Numbered from the stretch's first letter, positions 37,740 through 51,406 are shown. The stretch is DNA of 64,000 nucleotides from Octopus sinensis (GCF_006345805.1 NC_043000.1:104346001-104410000), one strand, 5' to 3'. The notes: generated from the sequence alone by a model not told the origin. Numbers and translations: made by a program.

Positions 37740-38166
37740 CAGGTAAAAAAACAGAAAACTTGTAGTATCTGGAATTAGATTTTGGTAGTTTTGTTTAGTA
37801 AAAAAAATTTAAGTGAATTAGTAACAGATTAAAAAAGATTTTAAAAATCACTAACTTCCTATTTCATGAAATGAGAGTACTTTACTAAGAACTTGTTTTA
37901 ATCCATACATTATTGGTTACAATGGTAGTAGTTGCAGTAGAAGTTCAGTGAAAGTAACAGTTTTTTTGGTTAGAAAATATGATGGTGATAGTAGAAGTGT
38001 TCATAGCAACAGTGATGTGATAACTTTTTAAAACAAATAACAATAAAATATCATCCCCATCTCCCACAAAAACAAAAACAAAAACAAAACAAAAAAAACA
38101 AACTAAAGTAAATTTGACCGGTATGACATTACTGAAATAATTTCGTATAGATCATCCTCCATACAA

Positions 38167-38199
<33 letters not shown>

Positions 38200-38507
38200 A
38201 TATATATATACAGGACATTACTGGAATACTTTGGTACGGATCATCATCCATATATATATATATATGCAGGACAGACTTAAAGAGTAGTTATTTAAAAACA
38301 ACTGCTGCTACCCGAGAATTTATGTGGGTAGCATTTCAGTTGAAAATGGAGTAGACGAAAGCAAGAAAAGAATGATCCAAAGATTTGTGCTCTTTGAATT
38401 TTTAAGCGAATAATCTCATTGGTTCAGTATTTTTTCTTTTTGTTCATTGGTTGTTTAAATTAGCATTTTCAGTACTGGCTGATATTTTGTTTCTTCTTTT
38501 CTTCTTG

Positions 38508-38609
38508 TTATATAACAACCTCATCCATTATCACTTTAGAGGCAAATGCTACAGAAAAGGCAAGAAGGATTCCCACAATGGCATTATATGTCAAGGCAAA
38601 GTTAAAAAC
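38508..38609 (-). CDS. 7-TM GRL/DUF3537-like gene, coding exon 9 (last; TM7, stop TAA)
   Basis: ctcattgcag|VFNFALTYNAIVGILLAFSVAFASKVIMDEVVI*; phase 0. Confidence 0.82.
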   Translation of the reverse strand, partial: VFNFALTYNAIVGILLAFSVAFASKVIMDEVVI

Positions 38610-39879
38610 CTGCAATGAGAGGAAAAAATAGCAAATATATAAATGAGTGACATTAGGACATACAAATGTCGTCACACATTTTTATGCATATGCTAGATAA
38701 AGAGATAATCAAATGCATGATAAAATATACAAATGACAAGCATCAAGCAAATGAACATCTACTTGTATACCAGTGACCAGCTAACAACAAATTAGTGAAC
38801 AACTACCAGCATGCGAGCGATTAGATATGATGCTTATGAACAGCTAACAATATCATCAATTAACATCTTTTTTCCATGCTGGCATGAATGACAGTTTGAC
38901 AGGAGCTAGTCAAGTCAGAGAGCTGCACCAAGTTCCATATCTGTTTCAGCATGGTTTCTACAGCTGGATGCCCTTCCCAACACCAGTCACTTTACAGAGT
39001 GTACGGGGTGCTTTTTATGTGGCACAGTCATCAGCAGGGTCTCCAAGTAACTTGTGGGATGAAGACCTCTCAGCTGGGAGAGGGACTGGAACTAAGGGAT
39101 GTGGCTTTGATCCAGGTGAAAGGTTAAAGTATAATAGAGGGATAGAAATAGGTATCTTGCTATAGAGGAGAAACTTGGCTATCCCTGTAGGGAGAGAAAG
39201 GAGAGATAGAGTTAAAGAGAAATTGATTGTGGAACAGTGAGTGTGTGTGTGTGTTTGTATGAGGGAAGTATGGAACTTCTACCAACACTTTTTCTATATA
39301 TCAAGCAGGGTCATCTCCCTGAAAGGATTGATGCTGTGTCTGCTTTCTTACTTACTAGGATTTTGGTCTTTGCTAAATTAACTCTAAGGTCCTTTGATTC
39401 CAAACCATCCTGTCCTTGTTTTCTCCAGAGATATTAAGAACTACATTATCCAATGTATAATGTATCATTCATCTCTTAAAACAGATATGAGAGTACAGTT
39501 CGAAGGATATTTTGGCTGTTAGTTCTAGCAAGTGATTACATGAAGGCTCTTGCTGGCTTGTAAGGTATCCGCTGGAGGTTCATCTGTTAAGGCACTGACA
39601 ATCAATATACTCATTAAATCAACCACTCAGACATTAACTCTGCATGTCTCAGCCTACATAACTGAAAAGTATCACTCCGGTATCTGTTGCTGAATGGTTA
39701 GTTATAGCAAAATCAGACATAAACTGAGCTGTTTGTGCAAACCTACTAATTTATATCAACATTTGAAGATTAGAAGACACTTTCCTTCAGAAGGGAGGCA
39801 AATGGAAAATAGGAAGGAATGCAAGTAATGCTGAGATACTAATTAGGTAATATGTATATATACACACAGACATGCAGGA

Positions 39880-40600
39880 AATAAATAGACACCTTTACTT
39901 TCCAAAATCTTTCATTTAATATGCAAAGTGAATGACTGAAATGTAATCAATAGGTAGGACTATATACTTTAGTATTTAGTAGACATTCCCTTTGCAGTTT
40001 TTAATTCAGAAACTCTTTTTGGCAATGAACTGATGAGCTTTGTGATTGTCTCTTGTGGAATTTCTGCTCAGTTTTCACGCAACAATCAAAACAATTCATC
40101 TTTAGATTTAGGTTTCTGTCGAGTTTTCGTATAGCTTTATCTAGTATGCTCCAAAGATTTTCAATTAGGTTCATGTCAGGAGATAGGCTCGGCTAAGGAA
40201 GTTTTTTGATCCCATTTTCAGTCAACCATTGTTGATTCCTTTTTGCTGTGTGGCATGGAGCCCTATCTTCCATGAATAAAACTCATTTTTCATTATGTTA
40301 TTGTGTGAATACATCAGAAGTAATCCTTGCTTAAGTATTTCAATGTATTTTTCAGAGTTTATGGTTCCAACAAATTTGATCAGCTCAGAACAACCATTGC
40401 TGATGACAGCTACTCATACCATTACAGAGATACTGCCACATTTCACAGTTGGTTGGAGTCGTTTCAAATCAAATTCTTGATTGGGAAGCCTCCAGGCCCA
40501 AACACGTCCACTGTCTGAAAATAATGCAAATCTGGATTCATCTGAGAAAATCACTCTATTTAATTTGCTTTGCAGGAAGGACTGTTTTAATGAAGTCACA
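39880..40600 (-). mobile_element. Tc1-like transposase remnant (intronic)
   Basis: RVIFSDESRF, QPTVKCG.ISVMV, SPDMNLIENLWSIL. Confidence 0.8.
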
Positions 40601-40901
40601 TAATGTCCCTACCTTCGAAACACAGAGTAGATAAAACAGGGGACAACTGATGAAGGGAATGTTCTTTATGTTGTCTGTCTTGTTTCTCTATTTGTTTCTT
40701 TTGATGTTGGAAAAAAAGTTCGTTTTCTATGCTTTTGTTTTTTATGTTCTCGTTTTTCCTTTTGTTCATGATTTTTTGATGTCCTGTACCCATATATGTA
40801 TGTATATATACATATATATGTAGGTATGTACATATATGTATATATGCATATATTTATATATTATGTATATATATGTATATATGTATATATTTATATATTA
40901 T

Positions 40902-40935
<34 letters not shown>

Positions 40936-41036
40936 TTATATATTATGTATATATATATCAAATCTTCGAGCTGTGCGGATAATATCAGACAGACTTAGTG
41001 CTTCAACTTAAGTACCTAATTCAACTGAATCTCAAT

Positions 41037-41079
<43 letters not shown>

Positions 41080-41099
41080 GTATAGTAGTGCCAGTTGGG

Positions 41100-41709
41100 C
41101 ACCATCTGTGAGAAAAACAACACTGCCAGAAATTTGGAAACATGCTGTACTGCTTGGCATTCATGCTAGAAACTCTAATATGAACAGATGGTGAATAACT
41201 GTTGACTTGCCATGTCCCCAAAACATGTACCGAGAGTCATAAAAATCAAACACCCATTCAACATCATGGTGTTTGGAGTGATCGCTAGTGATGGCAAAAT
41301 TATGCCTCCATTCATCTTCCTACATGGCCCCAGACACAACATGGAGGCCTACATCAAGTGCCTGGAAGAGGTACTGCTGCCCTGGGTCAAGGGAGTGGCT
41401 GCTGGAAGACTTTATGTCTGGCAACAGGACTCTGCATCATGCCACACTAGCAGGAGAACCCAGTCATGGTTGTCAGACAAGTTCTGCAACTACATCACCC
41501 CTAACATTCGGCCACCTAATTCCCCATACTGCAACCCCCTTGATTATTATGTGTGGGGCACAGTTGAGCGAGAGACCAACAAAAATGGTTGAAGCCAATG
41601 GCAATTTTATTGAATAAATTTACTCTTTAGTATTTCAAGATATTTTTATGTAATTTTGGTAAATATATCTGTTAAAATGAGATGTCAGTGTTATTTTCAT
41701 TTTCGCTCC

Positions 41710-41714
<5 letters not shown>
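41100..41714 (+). mobile_element. Tc1/mariner (maT/DD37D-like) internally deleted transposon in a TA microsatellite
   Basis: KHP.NIMVFGVI.SDG, WQQDSA.CH, PPNSP.CNPLDYYVWG; ends ...CTCCCTG-TA. Confidence 0.78.
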
Positions 41715-41760
<46 letters not shown>

Positions 41761-42287
41761 ATATATGTAGAGCGAGAGAGAGAGTAAATTAGTGTCTGCA
41801 TGGAAAATAATAATGAAGTTAATGTCAACATATTTAATAAAATGAGCATTGTAAGGATAATTAGAAAGAAATTATGTGGTGAGGAAAAGACAATATTTAT
41901 CAATGATTAACATTCTGGACTGGGTTACATTTAGGTACTTAGAAACTAAGTTAGGGTAATGTAATGTCTTCTGTAATGCACACACATGTGAATACAAACA
42001 TACACAGGTATGTATGGACATGCATATTTACTTAGTTATAAACATGCAGACATACATGCACTGCACACAAACCTGCATCAGCATACATGTACATTGACAA
42101 AAACATATATATTTGAAAGATGTTGAAAAATGGTGTGTGTGTGTGTGTGTTTGTGAATGAGTTTGATTATAATCTCCAAAGGATCTGTCTCCATCAATAC
42201 AGATAGAAAGAGTAATCCAAGCAAGACAGTGTGCACGTGCACACACACACACTCACAAACACTGGATTAATGTCTAGTAATACACAC

Positions 42288-42356
42288 CGTCATCTGTAGA
42301 GGTTGCTGGTTGAGAAACAAGAGGAGAAAGAGGCGATCTTCAGTTGGACACATACA
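42288..42356 (-). CDS. 7-TM gene, coding exon 8
   Basis: tgtttcag|CMCPTEDRLFLLLFLNQQPLQMT|gtgtgt; 69 nt, phase 0-0. Confidence 0.8.
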
Positions 42357-43708
42357 CTGAAACAGATAGTTGTGTATATAGTTAGGTATTGGTTAAGGTG
42401 AGTCATATAACAGCATTTCAAATTAAAGATATCTATTTTGGCAGTATTAATATAACATATTACAAATAAGTTTTAAATAAAGAAGAAAGTAATCAATACT
42501 CATAAAACGATTACACACACACACATATAATTATTTGGTATTGCTGACCAAAACATTTATTGATGGTGGGACTATACGTTTAGTGGAGTAAAATTAAGTA
42601 CCACTCACATGGATGATATTTTCAACCAAGACATTACAACTGTATCTGATTGTTCAAGTGCTTCAATTCTATGTATGTACATATATTTACATAACTGGTT
42701 TCTCTTATTGTTTTGATACACTGTTTTCTATTACTAATAAAAGTGTTGGCATCTTTGATGACATGGGTATGCTAGTGTATTATATGTAGGAAATAATTAG
42801 TTACACATTTCCCTCAGAACATTAATGACCAATTTTTTCATATTGGTACAAGTCTAGGGAATTTTAGGTTGTGCATACTGTGTGTGATTATAGTACATAT
42901 CAAATCAACCTCATTACAGTGATCTGATCAGTACTCCCAGTGAATCAAAGGAGAAAAATTCTGACAGAATTTAAACATAAGGAAGATAAAACAAAATATA
43001 GTAAAGTAATCTAGTTTGATACTCTATTTATTTCAGTTATTTTATGACTAATGATAAAATTAAAGGTGAGAGGGGTCAATGGAAGAAAACTAACTTAAGC
43101 AGAAGATATTTTTGTTTTTCTAAAACTATTTTTGAAAGACTTTCTCTAATAGGCACAGAAACATTCTTGGAGAAATGTTGAATTTCCTCCATTAACTTTT
43201 CCTTTCAAATGAAAATCTTAAGTTTTATCAATTTTTGTTGTTTTATTCTTATGTTTTTTTTTTGTTTTTTGTTTTCATTTAATTGATAAAAGCAAGTTAC
43301 TTTCCCTAGCTTTCAAGACATGTTAATCAAACCAAAAGGGCTTCTATTACTCGAACTGCTGGAAATCATGCCCAAATATTTCTCAATCACACGCTACCAT
43401 CTTTATAAAAGAGGCAGATTTGATAATGTTTTCCTAGATACATTGCATCTGAGTAAAAGATGGAAAGGGCACCAATAAAATGCTTTTGATTTAAGATCTG
43501 TTCAATCAGAGCTGACCTTAATATAAACAATATCAAATTGAACGAGTTACTGATGAACCCTCTTATGATCGAGTGACTTGCCAGAAATAGCAGTCTAATA
43601 ACATATTAAAACCCTTTCGCTAGGAAAATATATAAGGAAGGGTACATTAACAATAATGAATCAACTGAAACAGCTCAACAAATAAATGAAAATAAATTTG
43701 ACACTTAC

Positions 43709-43921
43709 TCTGATCATACGCTGGCCTTCAGCATTTGCTTCAGCAAATGCAGAAGATACGAGTAACAGAAGCAAAAGCGGCAAGATGAATTCTACAATAC
43801 CCAGAAGAGTGGCTTTATGAGACATCCAAAATATAATATAATTAGCACACCATAGTACAATCAGGACAATCCAGCTGGCCAGCCAGCGTTGCAGATAGGC
43901 TGATGTTGTACGCATACGGAA
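43709..43921 (-). CDS. 7-TM gene, coding exon 7 (TM5-TM6)
   Basis: cattacag|FRMRTTSAYLQRWLASWIVLIVLW...LVSSAFAEANAEGQRMIR|gtaagt; 213 nt, phase 0-0. Confidence 0.88.
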
Positions 43922-43973
43922 CTGTAATGCAGAAAAAAAAAAAAAATATATATATACACATATAAATATATCA

Positions 43974-45250
43974 CTTTGAGAGCTTTGGGAGAGGGCTCCA
44001 ACACCGATGTCATCTACCTTGATTTCAGTAAGGCCTTCGACAGGGTCGATCACAAGATCCTATTGAAAAAACTATCCAACATTGGTGTCTCTGGAAAGTT
44101 ACTGAAATGGATTAAGTGTTTCCTGACAGACAGATCTCAACATGTTGTAGTTGAAGGGGTAAAATCAAGCCCAGCCAAAGTCAGTAGTGGCGTTCCGCAA
44201 GGCACTGTGCTGGGCCCACTTCTTTTCATCATTTACATTAATGACATTAATGACATCATCAAGCACAGCAACATAAAAATCTTTGCTGATGACTCCAAGC
44301 TACAGAAGGTCATAAATGAGGCGAGTGACCGGACATACCTTCAGTCAGATCTACTGGCTGTTATCCAATGGGCAGAAAAAAACAATATGCTGCTGAACGA
44401 GGATAAATTTGAGCTAATCCACTTTGGAAAAGAGGATGCCCTGAAACTCCCATACTCCCTTCCTTCAGGTGAAACTCTTGCGGCGTCCAACAACATCAGA
44501 GACTTGGGAGTAATTGTGGACAACAACGTAAGCTGGGCCACTCATATAAACACCAAAGTTGACATGGCCCGCAGAATGTGTTCCTGGATTCTCAGAACTT
44601 TCCAGTCGAGAGATATCCACACCATTATCCTTCTCTTCTCCACTTTTGCCCGACCCCACCTTGAATACTGTTGTCCACTGTGGTCTCCCCACACAATACA
44701 AGGTATCATAAAAGTTGAAGCACCTCAAAGGGCAATCACAAAAAAGATAGATGGCATGACAGGCCTCGACTATTGGGGTCGACTAGAAAAGCTAAAACTC
44801 TATTCTCTCCAACGTCGTCGTGAGCGCTACATCATCTGCATGATGTGGAAAATATTCCATCAGCATTGCCCAAATGATGTTGGCATCACCTTTAAGGTAC
44901 ATCCAAGGCTTGGGCCCCGTGCCATCCGCCCAAAACAAAAATCGCACTCTCATCTCATAACAACAATACGGCACAATTATTTCACCTCAATTGGCCCCGC
45001 TCTCTTTAACATTACACCAAAACACATTAAAACAGAAACTGACCCTATAGGGTTCAAGAAGTCTTTGGACAGATTCCTTCAAGAAATCCCGGATAAACCC
45101 CCTACACCCGGATATGTCTCTGTAAACAATAACTCTCTACTTGAGTGGGCCATAGTGCCCAAATTCTGACTTGAAAGACTTCACCAGGTGGTGCTATTAA
45201 GTTAGACATGGCCTGGGCCAATAATGGCCGAAACCTATCAAAGTATCAAA
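43974..45250 (+). mobile_element. 5'-truncated CR1-type LINE with uninterrupted RT frame (397 aa)
   Basis: YLDFSKAFDRV, SGVPQGTVLGPLLF, FADD, RDLGV, RPHLEYC, LQRRRER; short (AAGTATCA)-type tail; inserted in a TA/CA microsatellite. Confidence 0.93.
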
Positions 45251-45271
45251 GTATATATATATACACACACA

Positions 45272-45303
<32 letters not shown>

Positions 45304-45498
45304 CACACACATATATATATATATATATACATATATATATCTACATATATATGTGTGTGTGTATATATATATATATATGTAGATATATATGTGTGTGTAT
45401 ATATATATATATCTACATATATATATATATATACACACATATATATCTACATATATATATATACACACACACATATATATCTACATATATATATATAT

Positions 45499-45529
<31 letters not shown>

Positions 45530-45550
45530 CATATACACGTATATATATAA
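45251..45550. repeat. (TA/CA)n compound microsatellite
   Basis: Seen directly. Confidence 0.95.
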
Positions 45551-45552
45551 TT

Positions 45553-45682
45553 TTGAACCCAGGTTCAAAATTTCCCCAAGACACCTGCTGAAAGCTGGAG
45601 GGTGTATCAGCTTAAACGTTGTGTTAACAACAAAACAAGATGAGGACAAATATCCGTCAATTGTAAATGATGTAAATAATAT
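45553..45682 (+). mobile_element. Penelope pLTR fragment with degenerate hammerhead
   Basis: Homologous to 11278-11395. Confidence 0.8.
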
Positions 45683-45814
45683 AAAATAAATTGTCTAGAA
45701 ATCTACCAACAGCTTCTGGTTTATTATGGTGATTAAGGCAAAGTCTTTGGAAAAGGAAAATATGTTTCTCTCAGCAATTTGCTAAGTGCATTGCTTCTGA
45801 TCGATGACTCATCA

Positions 45815-46410
45815 GAGTGAGTGAGTGAGTGAGGAGTGAGTGTGTGAGGAAGGAGTGAGTGAGTGAGGAGTGAGTGAGTGAGGAAGGAGTGAGTGAGTGA
45901 GGAAGGAGTGAGTGAGGAAGGAGTGAGTGAGTGAGGAAGGAGTGAGTGAGTGAGGAAGGAGTGAGTGAGTGAGGAAGGAGTGAGTGAGTGAGGAAGGAGT
46001 GAGTGAGTGAGGAAGGAGTGAGTGAGGAAGGAGTGAGTGAGGAAGGAGTGAGTGAGGAAGGAGTGAGGAAGGAGTGAGTGAGTGAGTGAGTGAGTGAGGA
46101 GTGAGTGAGGAGTGAGGAGTGAGTGAGTGAGTGAGTGAGTGAGTGAGTGAGTGAGTGAGTGAGTGAGTGAGGAGTGAGTGAGGAGTGAGTGAGGAGTGAG
46201 TGAGGAGTGAGTGAGGAGTGAGTGAGGAGTGAGGAGTGAGTGAGGAGTGAGTGAGGAGTGAGTGAGTGAGTGAGTGAGTGAGTGAGTGAGTGAGTGAGTG
46301 AGTGAGTGAGTAGTGAGTGAGGAGTGAGTGAGGAGTGAGTGAGGAGTGAGTGAGTGAGGAGTGAGTGAGTGAGTGAGTGAGTGAGTGAGGGAGGGAGGGA
46401 GGGAGGGAGG

Positions 46411-46442
<32 letters not shown>
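45815..46442. repeat. Long (GAGT)n/(GAG)/(GAGGAAG) satellite grading into (GGGA)n and (GA)n
   Basis: ~630 bp with no C on the plus strand. Confidence 0.95.
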
Positions 46443-46652
46443 TACAGTGAAAACTTGTGTATATATGAATGAGGTACAATGGGAATCTGGATATCTACAT
46501 GCAAGGAATGTTGTGTCTGATGAGATGCAGTAAGACAGTGAGGGTGTTTATAAAGGAAGGGCACTGAAACATTTAGAATATATTATGAGAAAGAGAACAG
46601 AAGTTGAAAAACTGAGAAAGAACTAATTACAAACAATGCAAACTGTACTCAC

Positions 46653-46736
46653 AGATATTTTCCAGTAGGACATCAATATATCATCATTTGTCATCAGTTC
46701 TGATACCATGTCATGTGAATGAGTATTTTCAGGTGG
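46653..46736 (-). CDS. 7-TM gene, coding exon 6
   Basis: tttcttcag|PPENTHSHDMVSELMTNDDILMSYWKIS|gtgagt; 84 nt, phase 0-0. Confidence 0.8.
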
Positions 46737-47521
46737 CTGAAGAAATAAAAATGATAATTAACTCTAACAATAACAACAATAATAGTAACAATAATGACTT
46801 ATCAAATTGGAACAAGGCCACAGATTCAAAGAGGAAGTGTATAGTTAATTGGATTGATGCCAGAATATGTCTGGTATTATTAGCGTGATGAAAGGTAAGT
46901 TTATACAATAGATGTCTTTCATCAAACTTCTTGTTTTTCATCCTTGTTTCCAGCTTCCCTCCTAATATTAGAAAGAGCAATGCCAGCCAACAAGTAAAGG
47001 TTATTAATGTTAGAGGGCATGATATATATTGTTTAGTACTGTGTCCCTGTGATATTTAGCAAGAGGTGCTGATCACAAAACTTATAAAACAGTCTACTTC
47101 AGGAGTGTGTAGTAACTCCATTATTGCCTGATGTTCACACAAAGGATGAATCAAAAGATAACAATACCAAATGTTTTGTCTCTGATTGTTACTTTAAAGC
47201 AATCTAAAGTCTTACTATAAAGAAAATAATACAATTGCTAATCTTGTGAAATCACAAGTTTCTGCATTTCATCAAAGATTAAAAAACAAAGAAACAAAAT
47301 GAAATAAAAAAACAATGGTATAGAACAAAAGCGGAGCACTGCTAGAATTCCAGATATCTTGGGATGTCTGAGATTCTGCCAGTGTTCATCCTTAATATTA
47401 AATGATGAGGTGGGAGATGATAGGCAGTGAGGTGGAGAATGATGTGTAGTGAAGTGAGGTGGAGGATGATGTGCAGTGACATTAATTATAATGATGATAG
47501 AAAAAATTTTAGGAAACGAAC

Positions 47522-47736
47522 TGTTTCCATGTCTACAGCTTGATCTGATATTGCTTCAGGCAAACGACCTTCATTCTTTTTGTCATCATCTTGATTTGAA
47601 GGGGTGACAATTTGGGAAGGGCTCTCTTCAGTTGGTAGTCTTGGTCTTGAAACTGGCCTGGGCATTTGGCTATTGTTGTCACAATTATGTTCATTCCTGT
47701 CATAGCCATCATTCCATGCACATTCATCACAGAAAT
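47522..47736 (-). CDS. 7-TM gene, coding exon 5 (hydrophilic loop)
   Basis: ctgttctag|DFCDECAWNDGYD...DQAVDMET|gttcgt; 215 nt, phase 1-0; the donor is the weakest in the model. Confidence 0.7.
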
Positions 47737-48284
47737 CTAGAACAGGGAAGAGTGAAAGGCAAAAATAAAATCACAATCTTAGATTATTGTAGTTACTAGA
47801 GAGATGAAATGGCTGATGGGAAACAGAAATCTCTTTGTGTCTCTGAGCAGAACATTCTTCAGTTAACCTAGCTACCAAGAGAAAAGGATATAACATATAT
47901 TAGGAATATCAACTGAGATAGATACCTATCATCATCTCTGGGAAGTAGGGGATATGTTATCTATTTAATCACAATAGAAACTAGAATTAATGAGCCACTG
48001 TGTTTTGAAAATATTAATACGTCACAATAATTAATTCTTGTATTGGCACGAAGTTACAAATTTCTATAGTGGGTGAGTAGTAAATTGAATTTATGTCAGT
48101 ACATTACTACTACTTATTTCAGAAACTCTTGCAAAGGGTTTCTGAAATGGAAAAAATTAAACTTCATGAAATATTTTGTCCATTTCAACCATTCCATTGT
48201 CTTTATAATAACTTGTGCTAAAGGTACAAGACCATAAATTTTACAGGTGGTTGTAGTTGAATATATACCACTGTATTCAACCAC

Positions 48285-48920
48285 AGTAATTGCTCCGAAA
48301 GCTAAAATTCTCAAAGTATTCCATGTATATATTGGTTATTATTGGTGATAATAGCGAACCCATAGCTAAACCCTCATCCTGTCGATATATCACAGTATCT
48401 ACTCTGAAGTAGGTAGTTTCTACACAGAAGTTCAACATTTCCATCAAGTTTCCTATTGGTATACTAGTGCAATTTTTTAGGTGGATGTCCATCACTAGTT
48501 TTTCTTGAAACACTGATAGTGCTTCACCAGTTGGGACTTTGGTGAACAGACTTATCACATCTAGACTTACCATTGGGTTGGATCCAGTGGGGAGATCCTT
48601 GATCAATTCTGTGAAGTGGGTGGAATTGTTCACATATGATGTTGATTTACCTGCTAGTGGACTGATTATATCCACAAGGATGAGATGCCAAACCTCCACT
48701 ACTCACTATGGGTCTTAATGGAATACCATCCTTGTAAATCTTAAGCAAATAGTACATGTGTGGTAGCTTACTGTAGTGTTGGGTCAGTTGTCTGTACTTC
48801 ATCAGTGTAAAGTGATCCTTGTTCTTGATCAAGATCTGTGACAACTTCCTCTCTGTTTTCAGAGACTTTCTTTACTTTGCTGTAGCTACCATCACTTATG
48901 AGACTTGCCAATTTTTCTCA
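48285..48920 (-). mobile_element. Penelope-like RT fragment (same family as 9585-11395)
   Basis: KIYKDGIPLRPIVS, SLDVISLFTKVP, GLAMGSLLSPI..NIYMEYFE. Confidence 0.88.
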
Positions 48921-49881
48921 AAAATATAGAACACCAATATATATATTGTAATGTAATAGTATAATTTCTTAATATAGGCATAAATCCACAAACTCAATTA
49001 GCCAATGCAATATGGATGTTGGGACTTTTTAAAGAGAGCTATATAGTTAATCCTACTCTTTGCTTTTACATTCAGAGCTCTGAGCAGAAATTATTTGGTG
49101 TCTATGCAGCTTTGTTGGTTGCTGTGTGAGGGAACAAACAATCAAATTGACCCTAATAGTTAACTGGTACTTTATTGTTTATTGACTTCAGAATATATGG
49201 AGTGGCAATGTCATGTCTGGCAGGATTTGTACTCAGACCACAAAAGTATGAGCTAAATATTGCAAGGCATTTTGTCAGGCATTTTTATAATTTTGCTATC
49301 CATTACCATTCATTCAAAGTGGTAAGAAGAAATGTATATAATTTGTAAGCTAGATTTTTGTATAAAAGTAAATTCAAGAAACTAAAGATATAACTGAAGC
49401 AGTAACTGTGTTTACTCTGAGAAAGTTTCGAGTGAGATTGTTATAGCAAATAGTCTCACAAATCTATATTTGCAAGCCAGCTTTTCCCCAGTCCTAATTC
49501 ACAACCAAATTACAGCATACTTTTGATGGGGTTGGCCAAGTATATTATCAATAGAATGAACATGCAGAGAAATAGCACCTGTGACAATGGTCATGACAGC
49601 AGCAATAACAGAAGGGAGGAGCTTCTGTGTTTGTAACCCTTGCAATAAATATATACAGCCAAATATATCTTGATTCACAGCCTACCATCATAAAAAAGAA
49701 CATAGTATTGTAGTTGCAGATAACACTAAAAAATTAAGATTGTCATGGTTATAATGCCCTTGGTCAGAAGTCCATGAGTTGACCTGAGGCTAAACAACAG
49801 CTATACCACATGTCTTTTGTAGGTGAAGTGTGGCTAAACAAAAGCAACAATAACATCAACAATAGCAAATGAAGCACTAAC

Positions 49882-50010
49882 CTGCTCCTAAACCTGAAGA
49901 GAGACTATCGATGTCAACATGGCGTACTCCAGTTCGAGAGTTCTGATATTTCCAGTAAGCATCATAACTTTGACCATCAACTTCTAACTCTCGAATAAAC
50001 CGACGGATTC
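49882..50010 (-). CDS. 7-TM gene, coding exon 4
   Basis: ctctttcag|GIRRFIRELEVDGQSYDAYWKY...SSGLGA|gttagt; 129 nt, phase 1-1. Confidence 0.85.
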
Positions 50011-50836
50011 CTGAAAGAGGAAGGAAAAAACAAATTGAACAAGTGAAGAAAGTGTCTATCTGGGATCTACATCCAGAACATAAAACACACATCTCTCAAA
50101 TACAAAAAGAGAAAGATTGTAAATTACTAAACAGAAACTGCTAGAAATTTAGGTTATTATCTGGAATTACCAATCTGTGAACTTAATACCAATATTGCAT
50201 CATCAGTGCTTTCAAATGCCTGTGAACCACAACCCACCCCTATTTGAGATACAGTATTATTACATTCCACTCAGAATCTTTAACTGCCTTCAAGTCATCT
50301 TCTAGATATATTTGATTGAAATCCAGTTGATTGAATTTACATTGAATCTTCTAAAATTTGTAGTACCTCATCATTTGCAGTGAGTTTCATACTTGGAACC
50401 CCCACCCACATCCCCACAAAAAAAAACAAACAAACCCAAAAGAACTCTCAAATATCTGCGACCAGACATTGTTAGCAGCATAATTCTGCACTATCTTTAT
50501 TCTGATTGACTGATCTATTGTTAGATTGACTGGATTTTCACATGGAGTTCGAAAATTCCTACTATTATCTGAAATTTGGTTCAGTATATGTGAAATTCAA
50601 AATAAACTGAGAATATGTCCCAAGTGGGTTGATATTCATACTTCCTAATATATTTTGTATGTATTCTACATTACATTATTTCTATATTAGGTTATTGAGG
50701 ACTCTGTGGCAATAATAAAACTATATCAAAAGAAGTTTTGAAAAATATTTACCCATCTATCTATCTGTCTATAAAATAAAGCAAAACTAAATAAGATAAT
50801 GGATGTATGTTTTAATGGCTACATTGACTGCCATTT

Positions 50837-51025
50837 TCATCATCATCATAATTTAATGTTCGTTTTCTATGCTAGCATGGGTTGGACGGTTTTGACTGAG
50901 GGCTGGCAACCAGATGGCTGCACCAGGCTCCAGTCTTGATCTGGCAGAGTTTCTACAGCTGGATGCCCTTCCTAACACCAACCACTCTGAGAGTGTAGTG
51001 GGTGCTTTTTACGTGCCACCTGCAC
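50837..51025 (-). mobile_element. RTE-type 3' tail fragment
   Basis: Reverse complement of 62390-62570. Confidence 0.8.
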
Positions 51026-51091
51026 GATTAAATACATTTTGTGGAAAATTTCAAAGAAATATTTTAAAGAATGCATATATGTAATACTTAC

Positions 51092-51406
51092 CAATAGTGT
51101 GGGTTCTGCAAACGGAGAGAAGGATGAAGCCCACCATGCAATTCCAGATCAATGCAAAGACACCAAAACTGACTTTACAAGAGAATGCAATCAGGCACAG
51201 AGCATTCGTAACCCCAATTTGCTGACAAGATTCAGTTTGGAAATTGATCCAAGAATGGTAAGAATTCACACACATCAACGCCAGACTTATCAAAAACAGC
51301 AAACCAGTGGAACTGATTTTAAAGACTGTCCTAGAATGCATGCGAACGCTATCAGCAAAACTTTTATTGCTGATTAGTCGCCCAGCAAGATCATTAGCAT
51401 AAATTC
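51092..51406 (-). CDS. 7-TM gene, coding exon 3 (TM3-TM4)
   Basis: tatttcaaag|GIYANDLAGRL...GFILLSVCRTHTI|gtaagt; 315 nt, phase 1-1. Confidence 0.88.

Noticed and set aside
40598-40795. Permuted (type II) hammerhead: CCUUCGAAAC...GUA...CUGAUGAAGG
   Set aside because: Stem I cannot be formed and the stem II register is wrong; probably a decayed terminal repeat, but not supportable as a ribozyme.
45208-46564. Long ORFs rich in YI/HT or THSL repeats
   Set aside because: Translations of TA/CA and GAGT microsatellites; not protein-coding.
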